This document shows, piece by piece, positions 1-9,959 of a stretch of 64,000 nucleotides of DNA. Both the position numbers and the translations under genes were made by a program. How positions within the stretch are numbered: the first letter of the stretch is position 1; each line of letters starts with the position of its first letter. The notes under the pieces are model-generated. The model saw only the letters and a program-made list of their open reading frames with translations. It was not told where the DNA came from and searched no databases. The stretch spans positions 1,594 to 65,593 of the forward strand of contig JAFYNZ010000026.1 in NCBI GenBank assembly GCA_017547845.1. Reading direction: 5' to 3'. The stretch is from Muribaculaceae bacterium (GTDB lineage: Bacteria; Bacteroidota; Bacteroidia; Bacteroidales; Muribaculaceae).

Positions 1-27
1 TTTGCCACATGAAGTAGATTTATCATT

Positions 28-570
28 ATGCGACCGATTTTTCTTATAGGCTACATGGGCAGTGGCAAGACGACTTTGGGTCGTGCTTTGAGCCGTCGCA
101 TGGGTGTCGGTTTTATCGATTTGGACCACTATATCGAGGGGCGTTTTATGCGCACTATTGCACAGTTGTGGTCGGAGCGAGGTGAAGCCGGATTTCGCGA
201 TGTGGAGCGTCGAATGCTGCATGAGGTCGCTGACATGGAAGATGTCGTGGTGGCTTGCGGGGGTGGCACTCCGTGCTATTTCGACAATGTCGACCATATG
301 AATGAGCGTGGTCTGACTGTCTTTTTGGAGGCGAGTGAGTCGCGACTGTTTGCGCGACTGGCGATTAATCGCAGTCGTCGTCCGTTGATTACGGATCTTG
401 ACGATGATGGTCTGCTTCGGTTTATCGGCGAGAGTTTGGCGACACGTCTGCCTCACTATCAGAGGGCTCAGCATCGTTTTTGTGGCGACAGGCTTGAGGA
501 TGCGGAGCAGATTTCGGAGACGGTGGAGAGGTTTGTCGCTGAGTTTGGTCCATTATTAGGAAATAAATAA
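28..570 (+). CDS. aroK: Shikimate kinase
   Basis: Walker A GYMGSGKTT, DLD, GEAGFR, CGGGTP, RRPL motifs; 180 aa. Confidence 0.95.
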   Translation: MRPIFLIGYMGSGKTTLGRALSRRMGVGFIDLDHYIEGRFMRTIAQLWSERGEAGFRDVERRMLHEVADMEDVVVACGGGTPCYFDNVDHMNERGLTVFLEASESRLFARLAINRSRRPLITDLDDDGLLRFIGESLATRLPHYQRAQHRFCGDRLEDAEQISETVERFVAEFGPLLGNK

Positions 571-588
571 TAAAACAATAGATATATC

Positions 589-1689
589 ATGGCAAATAAT
601 AGTGAGCAGGTTTTTATGCCTGAGGAGAATCCGCAGATGATTCAGGAACGTAAGTCGGCTATCCGTCTGGGTCTTGTAGCGAATGACAGTGAGTCGGAGG
701 AAACGCGCTTTCTCTTGACTCCTGAGGCGAGTGGTATGGTCTCGTCGATGGGTTATGAGATAGTGATGGAGTCGGGTGCTTCGATCGACATCAGTTATAG
801 TGATGAGGATTATGTGGAAAATGATGTTCGCATCGCGTTGCGTGACGAGGTGCTGCAATCTGATATTGTGCTAAGTGTGCGTCCGTTGTCGGCTGCAGAT
901 GTGCGCAAGATGAAGTCCGGAGCTACGTTGCTGTGTCTGTTTGACTCGGCATTCTTTGAGCCGGGATTGGTCGATGCGATGCTTGAGTCGAAGGTGACAT
1001 GTGTCTGCTTGGACAATATGTACAGCTCTAATGGCGTGTCTATTTTTGCCAACATACTTGACGAGATTGATGGTCGTGCTGCGGTGATGTATGCTCAAGA
1101 GGGCTTGTCGTTCTTAGGCGAGGGTAAGGGTGTGTTGCTTGCCGGCGTGGCGGGTATCAATCCTTGCGAGGTGCTGATTATCGGCGAGGGCTGCCGTGTG
1201 CAGTCGGCGGCTAAGGCGGCGATTGCAGCAGGAGCGAAGGTGACGCTGATGGACAATGATGTCAGCTCGTTGGCTGAGGCTGAGGCATACTGTGGTGATC
1301 GTCTTTACACAGCGTGCATTCACCCACGCGTGCTTTATAATAAGGTGAAGTCGGCCGATGTGATAATGCTCGATCGTTGCACTCGCACGTTTGAGTTTCC
1401 GAAGCAGTTGTCGGTGGCGATGAAGGAGTCGGTGTATCTGATTGATATCGAGGATACCAAGCCATCGTTGTCGGTGCCTCGCACAGTGGCAATGGCTATC
1501 TCCAATGTGATGATTAATTTCCTCAACGAGTGCTTGCTGAAGGGCGGTATGTCGCAGATGATAGCGACGACTGAGGGCGTGAAGGCCGGTGTCGTGATGT
1601 ATCGAGGCAAATTGGTCGACAAATTGATCGGAATGCATTTGGGTATCCCATGTGTCGATCTCAATATGATGTCGGCAGGGTCAAACTAA
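589..1689 (+). CDS. Alanine dehydrogenase-like protein (AlaDh/PNT fold), degenerate active site
   Basis: ETRFLLTPE, VMESGA, YSDEDY, GKGVLLAGVAG match the Ald scaffold; catalytic and Rossmann motifs are altered. Confidence 0.75.
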   Translation: MANNSEQVFMPEENPQMIQERKSAIRLGLVANDSESEETRFLLTPEASGMVSSMGYEIVMESGASIDISYSDEDYVENDVRIALRDEVLQSDIVLSVRPLSAADVRKMKSGATLLCLFDSAFFEPGLVDAMLESKVTCVCLDNMYSSNGVSIFANILDEIDGRAAVMYAQEGLSFLGEGKGVLLAGVAGINPCEVLIIGEGCRVQSAAKAAIAAGAKVTLMDNDVSSLAEAEAYCGDRLYTACIHPRVLYNKVKSADVIMLDRCTRTFEFPKQLSVAMKESVYLIDIEDTKPSLSVPRTVAMAISNVMINFLNECLLKGGMSQMIATTEGVKAGVVMYRGKLVDKLIGMHLGIPCVDLNMMSAGSN

Positions 1690-1735
1690 GGGAATAGATA
1701 GATTTTTTCTTGAACAGTCGGATTTTTCATTTCGG

Positions 1736-2824
1736 GTGGTCATGAATCGTCTGATACATATCATATCGTCGAAGACTTGGGGTGGCAAGGAGCGTTATGT
1801 GCTCGACATCTGCCGTTGTTTCCGTCAGGAGGGAGCATCGGTGAGTGTCTATACGCGCGATGCCAAGGTGATCGACAATGAATTCAGTGCTTACGGTATC
1901 GATCTGCGTCATGCTCCTTTGGAGGGGGCATATGACGTGGTGTCGGTCGGCATATTAGCCCGCGACTTGCGTCGTGAGCCGGCGGGCACGGTGGTGCATG
2001 TGCATCGTCTTCGCGATGCGTTCCTGGTGTTGATGGCCAAGATGCTGAGTCGTCGCAGAGACATCAGGGTGGTTTTCACTCACCATACATCGAAGGCGGC
2101 GCGACGCCAATGGCTTGCGCAGTGGGTCTATCGTCGTGTCGATGCTCATATCTTTGTGTCCGACATCGCTCGTCGCACATTTTTCTCGACAATTGAACCT
2201 TCGGAAGCAAAGGTCGGTGAGGAACGAGTCAGCGTCATACACAATAGCATCTACTTCGACCAACCGAGTCGCCGAGAAGAGCCTCAGTCGGGCCCTGTAG
2301 TGGCGATGTTTCACGGCAGGTTGTCGCCCGAGAAGGGTGTCGAGGTGCTTATCGATGCGTTGGAGAGCCTGAAGGGAATGAGGACACGACTATGGATTGT
2401 GGGCACGGGCGACCCTGATTATGTCGATGTGCTCAAGCGCAGGGCGTTGTCGCGAGGAGTCTATGAAATGATTGACTGGAAGGGGCATGTCAAAGATGTG
2501 CATGAGTTGATACCGTTGTGCCACTTCGGGGTGTTGCCATCGATGTGGGAGGAAGGTTTCGGCTTGGCCAATATCGAATATATGTCGCATGGTCGACCAC
2601 AGGTGTGCAGTAGCAACGGGGCGCAGCCGGAGTATCTCGACAATGAGGTCGATGCGTTGATGGTGTCGGCCGGAGATGCTGAGGCATTGGGCGAGGCATT
2701 GGTGAGACTTGCCGGCGACAAAGAGATGCGTCAGACGATGGGCGAGCATGCTCATCAGCGATTCTCGGAAGCGTTGTCATGGGATAGGTTTGCGAAGCGA
2801 CTTCGCGAGGTCTATCGTTTCTGA
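1736..2824 (+). CDS. Glycosyltransferase family 4 (GT-B)
   Basis: WGGKERY, GRLSPEKG, PSMWEEGFGLANIEYM motifs. Confidence 0.92.
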   Translation: MVMNRLIHIISSKTWGGKERYVLDICRCFRQEGASVSVYTRDAKVIDNEFSAYGIDLRHAPLEGAYDVVSVGILARDLRREPAGTVVHVHRLRDAFLVLMAKMLSRRRDIRVVFTHHTSKAARRQWLAQWVYRRVDAHIFVSDIARRTFFSTIEPSEAKVGEERVSVIHNSIYFDQPSRREEPQSGPVVAMFHGRLSPEKGVEVLIDALESLKGMRTRLWIVGTGDPDYVDVLKRRALSRGVYEMIDWKGHVKDVHELIPLCHFGVLPSMWEEGFGLANIEYMSHGRPQVCSSNGAQPEYLDNEVDALMVSAGDAEALGEALVRLAGDKEMRQTMGEHAHQRFSEALSWDRFAKRLREVYRF

Positions 2825-3005
2825 TTGACAATGTATAGATTATCGGGGCATAATTCGGAGAGAAAATCGCTTGTCAATAGCTAAAATGGTGAAGTATAGG
2901 GGGATTTGATGTAGAAAACACCATTAAGAGCAGTTAAAAATCATAAAATCAACGGTCAAAAATATGTTTTACAACATGTTTTTGTAATCTATAGATACTT
3001 TTTTC

Positions 3006-3013
3006 TATCTTTG
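3006..3013 (+). promoter_or_regulatory. Bacteroidetes sigma-A -7 element (TATCTTTG)
   Basis: Matches TAnnTTTG in AT-rich DNA upstream of the 3088 ORF. Confidence 0.6.
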
Positions 3014-3087
3014 TACCCGATAAATAATCGATATTACATCACGCTTGAAATAAATAAGAATAACATTAATATTTAACCAAAAAACTT

Positions 3088-6000
3088 ATGAAGAAGCTTT
3101 TTAGCATTTGCTTGGCGGCTTTCATGGTGTTGGTAACGATCGGTGTGAATGCACAGAATCACCAACGTCTTGGCGCTAATGGAGTAGTTCCTGCCAAAGC
3201 ATTTAGTAAGGGTGCTCGCACTCTTTCAGGTAATCCCGACATGAGCCGTGGCATCGTGCCATCCCCGGCAGAGGGAACGTTCTCAGTAGGCACGCCATTC
3301 AAGGCTCCTGCAGGTCCACAACGCATTAGTTCGTCAAAGGGTAACATCATCGGTGTGTCTACATTCTTTGATGGTATGGCTTACTACGACCAAGCATCTT
3401 ACGGCTCGGTAGATGTCAACACGGGTAAGTATGTGGTTTACTCATCAGGTATGGAATTTTTCACTACTGACTCTTACTATAGCGGTTGGCAAGGTGGTTT
3501 CGTACGCGATGGTATTCTTTATATCACCAACTACAGCATGGAAGGTGATGGCACAGTGTCAGTCTATTACAACAAAATCGACGTAGCGACAGGTGAATTT
3601 CTTGGTCGCATCAACATGGGTGGCAAGCTTGAAGCGTTCTGCTACACAATGACTTACGACTTCATGGAGGACATGGTCTATGGTATGTCATTCGATGCTC
3701 AACAAGTGCCTAACCAAATCGTGAAGATTGACCCTAAGACTTGGGAAGTGAAGGCAATCGGTACTAACACTTATAACGCAAACAAGGGTACGTTTATCGC
3801 CGGCGTCGCTTACAATCCGCTTGATGGTGGCATCTACGGTATCCGTGTCGATGGTACATTGGTGACTATCGACAAGGAAAGTGGTGATGTAAGCCTTTGG
3901 GGTTACTTCGACGATGACTCATGGATGGTGATCAACCCATACTCTCAGCCAATGTGCTACAGCCCTAACGATCGCTGCTTCATCGCAATGGTTCGCGACC
4001 AAATGACAGGTGCGGGTGTCTGCTATGCTATCGATCCTGAGTCAATGGAATTGACATACCTTTCTACTTTGACCAATGGACGTCACTGCAACGTGTTGTG
4101 CTGTCTTGACGCTTACGCTCCGGACAACGCTCCAGCAATGCCGTTGATGACTATCAACCACACTGCAGCAGAACTTTCAGGTTCAATTGATATCGAAGTG
4201 CCTTCTCAGACATTCATGGGCAAGACACTTACTCAAAGCGCTATTCAGCTTGATGTGAAGCTCGACGGCACAAGCCTCTTCAGCGGCCAAGTGGCTCCGG
4301 GCTCAGTGAAGACTATCAATTTCTCTACAACAGAAGCCAACCACAAGTTTGAAGCAGTCTGCTCAATTGATGCAGACCTCGTAGGTCCTGTAGCATTACA
4401 GATGGAATACATCGGTAACGACACTCCATTGGCTCCAACCAATGTGAAACTTTCGCAAGACAAAGTTGTGACATGGACAGCACCGGGTGCACTCGGCGTA
4501 TTCAACGGTTATGTCGATGTCGATGCATTGACTTACAACGTTTACATCAACGAAGTGAAGCAAAATGCTGAGCCTATCACAGGCACAAGCTACACCGTAA
4601 CACTTGGCTCAGACTTGGCTGCATACACTGCTAAGGTAGAGGCTGTCGCTAACGGTCACACATCTGCTAAGTCGGCAGCATCAAACGAAATCCTCTATGG
4701 CGATGCAATGGTGCCTCCTTACACATTGGCTCCTACATATGCAGAGTCTCGTCTTTTCTCGGTGGTCGATGCCAACCAAGATGGCTCTACTTGGAAATTC
4801 CAAGGCGATGCATGGATGTGCAGCTACAACTATTTGACTCCTACAGTCAACGACTGGTTGTTCCTCCCAATGACAAACTATAATGACAATACTAAGCTCT
4901 ACAGCGTATCGTTCGACATCAAGAGCTTCTATCCATATCAAGACGAATTCAATGACGTAGAAGTGTTCATCGGCAAGGAAAACAAGCCTTCAGCAATGAA
5001 GAAGCAACTCCTCAAAATGGAAAGCCTCTACGCTCCTGAATTTAGAACTCAGACTGCTAAATTTGCAGTGGAAGAAGCAGGCGTATACTACATCGGTATC
5101 CAGCTCAAGCGTAATGTCGATGGCTCGGGTGTCTATGTGAAGAACTTCTCAGTCAACAACCTCGGCTCAGGTGACGTTCCAGGCGATCCAATCGACATGA
5201 CAGTCACTCCTGCTGCTAAGGGTGAACTCAAGGCAACTCTCGCATGGACTGCTCCTACAGAGACTGCAATCGGCAACACTCTCGATGCAAGCAAGGAAAT
5301 CACATTCAAGGTGAAGAGCCCGGGCGAAAGCGCAGCTAAGGAAGTGAAGGTGCTTCCTGGTCAATCTGCATCAGTGGAAGTCGTTACAATCCAAGGCTTC
5401 AACAACATCAGTGTCGTTCCTTCTAACGAAGTGGGCGAAGGTATCAAATACTTGTATCGCATCTTTACAGGTGTCGACACTCCTAAGAATGTGACAGGCT
5501 TCAAGAGCGTCACTTCAGAAGACAACTTGACAATGTCGCTCTCATGGGATCCTGTGACAGAAGGTGTCAACGGTGGCTACATCGACCCGGAACACTTGTA
5601 TTACGAAATCTACAATCACTATTCAATCTACACTGTGAAGTATGGTCGTACAGAAGGCAATGAGACTACCTACGACTTTACTCCTGGCGCAGTGACAATG
5701 GAATTGTTCAATGTAGGTGCCCGCGCTGTCAATGGTGCTAACGAATCATCGACTGCCTACAGCACAGACATTACATTCAAGAAAGACATGCTCGGCGTGC
5801 CTTACGAAGTGCCAATGCGTGAAGACTTCGTGTCGACAGGTTCAGGCCGTTTCAACACATATCCTTGGACATATGAGACATCAGGCGAATACTCTGCAAG
5901 CCAGATTGAAATCTTCTCTGACCTCTCAGGTCTCGGCATGGATATCACCAACGACTTCGAAGGTAGCGCACTCGTAGCATTCGGTACAGGTGGCGTATCA

Positions 6001-7713
6001 ACTCCTTATGAAATCAGCATTCCTAAGGTGAATACTAAGGGTCACAAGACAGTGTCATTCGGTATGCGCTTCTGGAATCATATGAGCATGGGTCAAATCA
6101 ACATCTATGCTAACCACTATGGCAATGAAGAGCGTCAACACATCGCTCGTATCCTTCCACGTGACTTCGATCGCGGTCAATGGGTTGACTACGCTATCGA
6201 GCTCCCTGCAGACTTCGCTGATTGCGGTTGGGTGCACATCTGGGTGGCTGGTGAACTTAGCGACAACTATGATGCATACGCTATCTTCGATAAATTCGAA
6301 GTATTCGAAAGCGTCAACAACGACTTCAAGATCTCTTCACTCACAGGTGAGGCTGAGTCTATCGCAGGCAACAAAGCTCAATTCTGTGCTGTGCTCGAAA
6401 ACTGTGGTCTCGAAGGCGGTGAAGCCGACGTGAGATTTGACCTCGTTGTTGATGGTGAAGTTTCTAAGGCTAAGGGTGCATCTGTCTACTACGACTATGG
6501 CTACCTCTCAGCAGGTGAATACGTAGAATGCTACGCTGACTTCCTCGCATCTCCTGAACTTGTAGGCAAAGATGTGAAGGTGCGTGCGACAGTCATTTCT
6601 TCTCAAAACGAAGTGACTTCAAACGACGTTAAGGAAATGCAATGGACTATCAACAGCACTGACCAACCTGCTGTCGTAGACTTGACAGGTGAATGGAATG
6701 ATGCTCACGATGCTGTGACATTGTCTTGGTCAACTCCGGATGCTACATATGGTGATTACGACAGCTTCGAAGCATATGAACATCGTCAATGCACTGAGCA
6801 ACTCGGCTCATGGAAGAACATTGACGAAGACGGCTTCTTCCCACAATTCGGTATCCAAGGCCTCATTGACGTTGACGACACTCCACGCGCGTGGGAAGTA
6901 ATCGACGCTAAGGTGCTCGGCACAATGCACGATGCTCGCCTCTGTCCTCACTCAGGCAACAAGTACATCATGGCTCGCTCAATCGCTTACAACGAAGAGA
7001 CTGAAGAGCCACGTCAGAATGCAGACTGGTTGATTTCTCCTGAAGTAGTAGGTGGCTCAACACTCGGTTTCTGGTATGGCACAATCTCTGCTCAATACGA
7101 CGAATATGTGGAACTTTGGGCATCATCAACTACCGACGACATCACTTCATTCACAAAGGTACGCACATTCCACAAGCAGGGTTCTGACTCATGGGAATAT
7201 GTAGAATGCAAGTTGCCTGCAAATGCTAAGTACTTCGCATTGAAGTATGTAGGTTGGGGTCACTTCGGTGCAATGCTCGACGATATCTCATTCGTACCGG
7301 TCAACCTCCTCACTTGGGATATCAAGCACTACAACGTATATCGCGATGGCTCAATGATTGAGTCTGGTGTGGCGACAACAAGCTTCGTTGACGCTTGTGG
7401 CGACAACAACCACTACTACAACGTGACTACAGTCGTGGAAAAGGACGGCAAGGAATACGAAGGTATCTTGTCTAACACATGGTATGGCTGGAGCACCGAC
7501 ATCGACGACATCACAGCGTTGACAGGCGTATATGGCGACAAGGGTGCTATCGCAGTTAAGGGCCATGCCTCTAAGCAAATGGCTGTCTACGGCACAGACG
7601 GTAAGTTTATCCGCCTTGTGACTATCGGTAGCGACAGCGAACGCGTGGCAGCTGATGCAGGTGTCTATATCGTCAAGGTAGGCAACGCAATCGCTAAGGT
7701 GATCGTGAAGTAA
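3088..7713 (+). CDS. Large T9SS-secreted surface protein (propeller-like N-terminus, FN3-like and cleaved-adhesin/choice-of-anchor-J-like domains, C-terminal sorting domain)
   Basis: Signal peptide; VVDANQDGSTW...NDWLFLP and NADWLISP adhesin-like motifs; C-terminal GVYIVKVGNAIAKVIVK resembles a T9SS CTD. Confidence 0.75.
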   Translation: MKKLFSICLAAFMVLVTIGVNAQNHQRLGANGVVPAKAFSKGARTLSGNPDMSRGIVPSPAEGTFSVGTPFKAPAGPQRISSSKGNIIGVSTFFDGMAYYDQASYGSVDVNTGKYVVYSSGMEFFTTDSYYSGWQGGFVRDGILYITNYSMEGDGTVSVYYNKIDVATGEFLGRINMGGKLEAFCYTMTYDFMEDMVYGMSFDAQQVPNQIVKIDPKTWEVKAIGTNTYNANKGTFIAGVAYNPLDGGIYGIRVDGTLVTIDKESGDVSLWGYFDDDSWMVINPYSQPMCYSPNDRCFIAMVRDQMTGAGVCYAIDPESMELTYLSTLTNGRHCNVLCCLDAYAPDNAPAMPLMTINHTAAELSGSIDIEVPSQTFMGKTLTQSAIQLDVKLDGTSLFSGQVAPGSVKTINFSTTEANHKFEAVCSIDADLVGPVALQMEYIGNDTPLAPTNVKLSQDKVVTWTAPGALGVFNGYVDVDALTYNVYINEVKQNAEPITGTSYTVTLGSDLAAYTAKVEAVANGHTSAKSAASNEILYGDAMVPPYTLAPTYAESRLFSVVDANQDGSTWKFQGDAWMCSYNYLTPTVNDWLFLPMTNYNDNTKLYSVSFDIKSFYPYQDEFNDVEVFIGKENKPSAMKKQLLKMESLYAPEFRTQTAKFAVEEAGVYYIGIQLKRNVDGSGVYVKNFSVNNLGSGDVPGDPIDMTVTPAAKGELKATLAWTAPTETAIGNTLDASKEITFKVKSPGESAAKEVKVLPGQSASVEVVTIQGFNNISVVPSNEVGEGIKYLYRIFTGVDTPKNVTGFKSVTSEDNLTMSLSWDPVTEGVNGGYIDPEHLYYEIYNHYSIYTVKYGRTEGNETTYDFTPGAVTMELFNVGARAVNGANESSTAYSTDITFKKDMLGVPYEVPMREDFVSTGSGRFNTYPWTYETSGEYSASQIEIFSDLSGLGMDITNDFEGSALVAFGTGGVSTPYEISIPKVNTKGHKTVSFGMRFWNHMSMGQINIYANHYGNEERQHIARILPRDFDRGQWVDYAIELPADFADCGWVHIWVAGELSDNYDAYAIFDKFEVFESVNNDFKISSLTGEAESIAGNKAQFCAVLENCGLEGGEADVRFDLVVDGEVSKAKGASVYYDYGYLSAGEYVECYADFLASPELVGKDVKVRATVISSQNEVTSNDVKEMQWTINSTDQPAVVDLTGEWNDAHDAVTLSWSTPDATYGDYDSFEAYEHRQCTEQLGSWKNIDEDGFFPQFGIQGLIDVDDTPRAWEVIDAKVLGTMHDARLCPHSGNKYIMARSIAYNEETEEPRQNADWLISPEVVGGSTLGFWYGTISAQYDEYVELWASSTTDDITSFTKVRTFHKQGSDSWEYVECKLPANAKYFALKYVGWGHFGAMLDDISFVPVNLLTWDIKHYNVYRDGSMIESGVATTSFVDACGDNNHYYNVTTVVEKDGKEYEGILSNTWYGWSTDIDDITALTGVYGDKGAIAVKGHASKQMAVYGTDGKFIRLVTIGSDSERVAADAGVYIVKVGNAIAKVIVK

Positions 7714-7751
7714 TCCAGTGAGATAAAACAATTCATTTGCTATATAAGCAG

Positions 7752-7788
7752 TTGGGGAGTATCAGAGATGGTACTCCCCAATTTTTTT
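7752..7788 (+). terminator. Rho-independent terminator
   Basis: ttggggagta...tactccccaa stem followed by T7. Confidence 0.85.
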
Positions 7789-7837
7789 GGTGCTGATTGT
7801 TTCTGCAATCGGTTGAAAATTAGTAATTTTGTGATTG

Positions 7838-7938
7838 ATTGCCGAAGAATGGTCTGATGTGAGCTTCTGAAAATTCCCGGTTTGGGCTACAAAGCGATTT
7901 TGAGAGGTCTCCTGAAGCGAACATTTTTCGAAGGCAAT
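7838..7938 (+). ncRNA. Candidate structured RNA or leader (rod-like fold)
   Basis: Starts just after TAATTTTG (7824-7831); nested pairings 7838-7851/7922-7938 and 7861-7875/7896-7911. Confidence 0.3.
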
Positions 7939-7976
7939 ACGAAAGGTTTTTTAATTCAAAGCAAGCGATAGAAGAG

Positions 7977-9899
7977 ATGAATGCGAAGCGAATATGGTCG
8001 ATGTTGGTGGTCTGGGCATTGTGTGTGGTGTTGAGCCAAGCCGGTGCTCAGAAGACTATGTCGGTGCTCAATACATGGCTCCAACATGATGTGACTGTCG
8101 ACGACCTCAAGGGAATGATGGTGCACGGCACGCTGAAGGTCGATGGCTATAAGGATAGTCAGATGAAACTGATTGCCTACATCTATCACGCACCAGGAAA
8201 AATGATGCCGGACCAAAATGGCAAGTATTGTTCTGCCAACGGTAAGGTCGCTGCCTCTATGGAGTTTACTCCCGAGTCTGACAGCGAACTGTATGGCTCT
8301 ATGGCAATCTTTTTCCCTTACGATGAAATGCATCTCAATGAGGGTACTCACACCTATTACTGTCGTCTGCATCTGATAGCCCCCGACTATACTCGTGCAT
8401 ATGGTGATTATATGCAGTTTGAGGGCACCGTAGAGCCGCAAAAGAAGACAGAGTTCAGAGACCTCCAAGTGCTTAAAACGAGTTTGGAGCATGGTGTGTA
8501 TCAAGAGGGTATTCAGGGTATGAAAGTCTGCACTGAACTAAAAATGTTGGGTTGTAAAAATCGCGAATTGGAGATTTCAGCGAAGTTTTTCGATTCCGAC
8601 AAGCAACCATTGAAGAGTGGCAGCACGATGGTTGATATGGAGGTGAGAAAAGTGTTTATTCCTCACTCAGATGAAATATATCTCATAAAACAGGACTTTT
8701 TTGTACCCTATTTGGGGTTGCCGTTAAAGGCGGGAACCAATACTTATTACTGCAGGGTGAGTCTGACGGATTCGGAGTCAATCTACACTGTCGGCGACTA
8801 TGTGTCGTTTGAGGGTACGGCTCCGGCTCCGGTGAAGAAAAGGGTTGAGGTGCCGAATGTGTGGATTGAGCACGGAGTGACACACAATGGCAAACAAGGT
8901 CTGAGAGTTCACTCGCGGATAGAGATCGATGGTTATACCGGTCAAGAAGTGAAATATGTCTTAGGTCTTTACGATGTCAATAAGAATCCTTACAAGAATC
9001 CACTTGGGAATCAGGTGCTTACAGCCACCTACGAACGCTCTGTGTGGGAAGATTTCTCGTATTTTGTATCCTACGACGACTTGGGCCTCAAGGAGGGTAA
9101 GCATTCCTACTACTTGCTGGTCAATGTCCTGATGGGTGATGGTCAGCGTGGTATCAGCGAATTTGCTTCGTTTGAAGGTACGGTCAGCAGTCCAAGTCAG
9201 CCGCAACATAATCACAACCACAATCATGGTCACAACCATAATCATAATGCGCCAAACCATAGCGGAGGCAAGTTGCAGCAAGCACCTGCCTACCATGGCA
9301 AGCGAGAGGGTAGTTTCTATTATGTCTCTGAGTCGCTTCAGCATGGCCACTTCCGTTTCTATTTTCATAATGGCGACTACATGGCTCAGGCACCGGGTAT
9401 GCTCAACCTTTATGGGTCGTTTGTGAGATATGTCTGTGTAGGCGAGTCGGGTGGGTACTACATCTTCAAGCAGGCCAAGGTGAACCTCAATGGCGGCGTT
9501 GAATACTTGGACTATGCGCCTAAGATGCGAGTGTCGAAGGCTTGGAACGAGATTATCTGCGAGGGTATTGCCTTGGACAAGTCCGACATTGTCTATGTCA
9601 AGGAGGTCAGCGAGGAAGAATATCGCGAGATTTCGCGTCAAAAGGAAGCCTACCTCAATAGTATCGGCATAAATGGCGGCAATTCCGGCAACAATGGCAC
9701 ATCGATCGATATGAGTCCAAGTGGTAGCCATGTCGATAAGGCATGCCAATATTGTGGTGGTGGCGGCGGTTGCAGTTCATGCAATGGCACAGGCCTGAAA
9801 TACAATCCTTGGGGTGGCGGCTACGACACTTGTCCGTCGTGCAACGGCTCGGGCAGATGCTTCAATTGCCGAGGCACCGGCAAGCAAAGCACTTGGTAG
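7977..9899 (+). CDS. Exported hypothetical protein: three tandem repeat domains, His/Asn-rich linker, C-terminal DnaJ-type CxxCxGxG zinc finger
   Basis: Signal peptide; repeats HDVTVDDLKGMMVH / HGVYQEGIQGMKVC / HGVTHNGKQGLRVH, each ending in FEGT; four CxxCxGxG. Confidence 0.7.
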   Translation: MNAKRIWSMLVVWALCVVLSQAGAQKTMSVLNTWLQHDVTVDDLKGMMVHGTLKVDGYKDSQMKLIAYIYHAPGKMMPDQNGKYCSANGKVAASMEFTPESDSELYGSMAIFFPYDEMHLNEGTHTYYCRLHLIAPDYTRAYGDYMQFEGTVEPQKKTEFRDLQVLKTSLEHGVYQEGIQGMKVCTELKMLGCKNRELEISAKFFDSDKQPLKSGSTMVDMEVRKVFIPHSDEIYLIKQDFFVPYLGLPLKAGTNTYYCRVSLTDSESIYTVGDYVSFEGTAPAPVKKRVEVPNVWIEHGVTHNGKQGLRVHSRIEIDGYTGQEVKYVLGLYDVNKNPYKNPLGNQVLTATYERSVWEDFSYFVSYDDLGLKEGKHSYYLLVNVLMGDGQRGISEFASFEGTVSSPSQPQHNHNHNHGHNHNHNAPNHSGGKLQQAPAYHGKREGSFYYVSESLQHGHFRFYFHNGDYMAQAPGMLNLYGSFVRYVCVGESGGYYIFKQAKVNLNGGVEYLDYAPKMRVSKAWNEIICEGIALDKSDIVYVKEVSEEEYREISRQKEAYLNSIGINGGNSGNNGTSIDMSPSGSHVDKACQYCGGGGGCSSCNGTGLKYNPWGGGYDTCPSCNGSGRCFNCRGTGKQSTW

Positions 9900-9959
9900 G
9901 CGTTTACCCTTTGAAGGACTCAAGTCATATAATTACGATAAAACAAGAAAGCGATAGCA

